From contig NC_052150.1 in the NCBI RefSeq assembly GCF_902713615.1, positions 172,628,100 through 172,692,099 on the forward strand: DNA of 64,000 nucleotides, read 5' to 3'. Below are positions 59,601 to 64,000 of the stretch, one piece after another. The DNA is from Scyliorhinus canicula (taxonomy: Eukaryota). The notes under the pieces were generated by a model. It worked only from the letters and a program-made list of their open reading frames with translations, ran no database searches and was not told the origin of the DNA. The position numbers and the translations under genes are program-made. Position 1 is the stretch's first letter; each line of letters opens with the position of its first letter.

Positions 59601-62600
59601 AATATTTGACAGAAAATGACAGGTCGCTCTTGCACATCACTAAACGTCGTACATCCCAGGCTGTTTAGGAACACGGGGTTGAATCTGAAGAGAAGCTTTT
59701 CGAGGCCCTTCCATAAGTACACGAAAGACAGGTTGCCTCCGGATGGAGTTGCTTGGCGAGCTGGTTTTTTTTGGTTACTAGCCACCGACATACATCATTG
59801 GAGTATAGGTGCAAAATCCTTGATTAAAATATAAGGGAAAATACACCAATGCAGTTATACAACCACACAGAGGGATTTTATATGTATATTTATCCAACGT
59901 CTAGATGTCTGAATTGATAACAGCAAGATAGCACAGCAAGGTGGCTGCCTGTCATTTTAATCAAATATAAGACCATTGTGAATGATTTGATCTCAGCGAC
60001 AGCAACATCCTTCATAGGACAACAATGATTGTTCTAATTACAATAGCAGGTGATTCCCGCAGATACACACGATTCCTCATTTGATACATTAAACTTATAG
60101 TGTGGATAAATAGAATTTGGAGCAGTAACATAAAATAATCTATTTTCTGAATTTGAACATTCCGCAAACACGACATAATCCACTCGTACTACAGGATATT
60201 TTATATTCGCCGGGATAAATAGGAAACACAAATTAGCTGCAGAAATAAACTGTCGAACGAGATGGATACTCTAGCAGTAGGGTAAATAATCAAATATGAT
60301 TTCCCTCACACAAAATATCATACTGCAGGTTTTAGAAATATATTCATATAAATACTTTTGCTTTATTTAAATTAAATTATGAGCAATTTTTAAATCACAA
60401 AGGACAGTAGAACTTAATGTGCTTGTTTTAAACACCAACTGCCATCCATGTTTGGATGGAATTGTATATCAACAGCTTTGATCTCAATTGTCAACAAATC
60501 TTATTTATCAATTTTACCCCTAAATAAATAAAAGCCTCGTGGCCTGTTTAACTTCATGTTGTGCGATGGTTCATGATTTTTAGTCAGAGGCCCCAGTTTA
60601 TTTTTATTCACAGCCATCAGAAAGAGACGTGACTCACACATTTGCAGAATGGTTTCTTGCTTCTCTCCTTGGCCAAAAAGCGTTTGATTCGACAAAATAA
60701 GCTTTTACAACCATGCAATTAGCTGCACTGTTAAAATGTGTACTTTAGAAACTACGATAGTTAGCATATTAAACAGCTTTCGAGATGATGCAGTCACAAT
60801 ATATAACATATCGATAAGATGGAAAAGCAGACGTTTTAATGACACACTTTATCGAATTAATTAGACCTTTATATCTCTAGTCAAAAATCCCGACTTGTAT
60901 CAAATTTATAATCACATCAGAACGATCTGTTAATCCACAATTTAATAGTAAGGTACATTTTAATATAGGATAGGTACAAAGGACAGTTGAGGGTTACTAC
61001 AGGAAAACTATTGGAACTGAATGACACCAAGATGCGGGTTAATATTGTATATTTGTTCAAGCGACATCTAAGTTTAACCAATCCTGTTTACTTATAAAGT
61101 ATTGTAATTGTGTTCGCCCGAATGGCATACTGTTACAAAAACAACGAGTCTTACTGCGTGTGGTGAAGTATCACTTCTGTGATCAATTTTAAGCACCGCA
61201 AAAGTGACACTTTATAAATATACCAGCTGCGTAGAATATTTACATATTGTTTGGTTTTTCTGCAAATTCATCACGTACTTAATAGTTGTTTTCCCCTTTT
61301 AGATGAATGCATGGCAAAAAGGAAAAAAATAGTTTGTCGAAGAATAAATGTTAACTGCGACTTGAACCGTCCAGGATGGATTTCCACCAGGAATTTGTTC
61401 TATTTTACTTGCATATAGACTGTATGCCAATTGTCTACTGACCCATAATCAAAACGTGTTGACCTTTCTACCCCTCTCCTGCCCCCTGACCTATCCCGAA
61501 CTCAATGCAGCCTTTCTAAATTTGCAAAGCATTGAACATGCAAAAGGGGGGCTGGGGAGGCTTTGTTCTCGACAGACCATAAGAGTGTGCATTCTGCTAA
61601 AAAGAAAGGACTCCCTTTCTTATTGATAATGGTTAAGCAAGAAAAAGCAGCTAAGGGGACTATACTCCTCTCTCACAAGTATCAATATTCAAGTAATAGG
61701 TACCAAGAGAAATAAAGCAGGAATTCAGAATGTTCTGGTCAACCAAGTAATCATGATGAAAAAAAAGATCCACCCACACAAGTTCTGCAATTTTAGCTTG
61801 CATCAATCCTGAAAGTAGTATAAATCGGTTAAATTACGTAAGAAATTGTTAACTCCAGTCAGATGGCAAGAAGAGGTAGTGTCCCAAATAGTTTTATAAT
61901 TTGTTGAGGGATGAACTTCCCTGTGTTGTCTATTTAAAGACAGAAATATTTATTCATAACCCTGCATTTTCCAATCAAGTTAGGAGAGACAATAAGTACC
62001 TTAATAGATTCAGATAGCTGTTAGCTGACAATACCATGTGAACCTTAATGTATGAGCTGAAAATTTTAAAAAAGTACTTTCAAGACACTGGGTTATGCAA
62101 TTTTGTTAGGTTAACCGACAAAAATAAAGGTTGAAATGAAACTACTATTAGTTGCATCACAACACTTAGCTTGTGATGATACGTATCGTTTAAAATCCCC
62201 GTCAGGTTATAAAATTCACATGTTATTGGATTTTTAGATTGCTTAATTTAAAGTGTAATTACTTTGTGGCTGGGCAATAACTAACGATTAGCAACAGATA
62301 AAAACAAAGACCGTTGCCTATGACTAACCCAATTTCAACCTTCTTTCTAAACCTGTCATGTGCTTATACAGACAGTACACATTTATGATGAAAATATGGA
62401 ATGTTTTCCAGCTTTAGTACATTGTGGCAGGGCGAACCATTGCCACAGTTTCGCTGAATATTTACTCGGGACTGGAATTTACATTTTCCTGGTTGAATTC
62501 ACAATTCCGCGGAGAATGTAAACTTTGCCCAGGTTTTTGAATGCACTCTGTTGATTGTGCCTCACGAGGAACATGAACAAGACGATTTATTTCAAAATAA

Positions 62601-64000
62601 GGAAAACATTTTTGTAAGAATATTATTGGGACTTGGGGGGCAGTGTCTCTGCCATTGATTTTTCCTTATGCTTAAAACGCATTGACTTAAACCAAATTTA
62701 AACAATTGCAGTGCTCAAAGATACATAAGCAAAAGTACACTTCGAGGAAAATATTTATTTTTTCTGGGCTGTTACTGGAGTTGTATACCACTTCCTTTGA
62801 AAGTTCGGCATTCAATTCGACTGGCAGCAGCAGAATTAGGATGGACTAGAGGGTCGTAACGTAACCGATTCAGAAGGCGGGGGTCTACTTACTGCAACAA
62901 CGTGCTCGGCAAGGCAGTCCTTAAAGAAACAACAAGATTAGGAAAATATATTGTGCTTTAAAGACCGAATGCTATATTTGTAGCGACCGCTGAAGAGCTC
63001 CTGAGATCTAGTATGCACGGAAACACTTTTGTCGATTTTAAAGCACAGAAGGTAAGCCATTTCCAAGCATGCCGTTGTTGGGTTCGTGGGCAGCAAGGCA
63101 GAAACAAAGGGAATTCATTCTCGATCTCGAAAATCACTTGGTCATTTCTAATCTACAGCGCAGTAAGGTGTTTTAAGTAGCAAATATCTCGATTGAAGAT
63201 AAATTTCACTTTGGATGTTTTCAATCAGAATAAAGTTGGAAGGACAAAATGTCCAAGCGCGGAGAAAGCACGTCTGAGGTTTCCCGCAGAAATGTGAATT
63301 CAGCGTCTTAAAGCGACGCGGTATTCCCTTTTAATCTCGAACTGTACATATCATAAGTAATATTTTCAGCAGTCCAAAAGATTTTATGGCGAAAAACCGA
63401 ACATATATAAAGGATTACCAGGTTTGCAAATACCGATGTGCATGGACTTTTCTGACTTTATACATATTATTTTTAAAAAAGGAATTCGCAACATTGCGTC
63501 CCACGTAAAGCTCAACATTTTTAACGCTGGTGACATGGAAGGATTAACGCAACACAGTTGATTGAACCTTTTTAATGCAAAGATTTCCGGAAAAAATACA
63601 GGGGGAAAAGGTAGATTTTTCAGTGAAGAATTTTTAATAACAAGATGTTTACAAATCAGCAGTGTCTAACGCATGCATTGAGAAATTCCAGTGCCAGCGG
63701 TTCTTTCCATGTCTAGTATCATCGTCCCTTTATCGACAGCGTTTTGAATCTAAAGTAAAATCGAACTTAAAAGAAAGCTAATCAGTTTGATAGCTCTGTA
63801 TTTTGACTCTTTAACAAGCTGGTCAAAAAGGTTATATTTTAACTCGAGCTTGCAGCGCGCTTTTTGCAGATTTGATGAACCTACCGTGAATAGAGTGATA
63901 ACCTCAAAATGAATAGGTGTTTTAAAAACTATAAATTCTTTGTGCTGTATTCCCGGGGATATTTAAAGTTCAAAAACTGCAGCAGATTCTTTATATATCT

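Overview
Vertebrate genomic DNA, very probably a shark (inferred from the tRNA-derived HE1-type SINEs, the L1/Tx1 and CR1 LINEs and the SKIDA1 sequence). The window has two halves. Positions ~1-40.5 kb are a deeply nested pile of transposable elements: L1/Tx1 LINEs, CR1 fragments, SINEs, a Gmr1-type Gypsy element, solo LTRs, MITEs and Penelope-type fold-back fragments carrying minimal hammerhead ribozymes. Positions ~41-64 kb are almost TE-free and contain the single-exon SKIDA1 CDS on the minus strand. The main finding is a young endogenous retrovirus-like provirus at 16730-25539. It has a 4-bp TSD (ACTG), an 18-nt tRNA-Arg(UCU) PBS, and a coiled-coil/CCHC Gag joined in frame to PR-RT through a UGA-CGG stop. 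Its Pol carries a dead Gypsy-type RNase H plus a second intact RNase H and an integrase, and an orphan small type-I membrane protein ORF follows. The env position and most of the 3' LTR are deleted. This architecture best fits lokiretroviruses. The provirus sits inside a solo LTR of a sister family, and both LTR families carry a second PBS-like motif inside U5. Other notable items are a pre-tRNA-Arg + SINE composite retrocopy and two inverted templated duplications that each capture a solo-LTR terminus.
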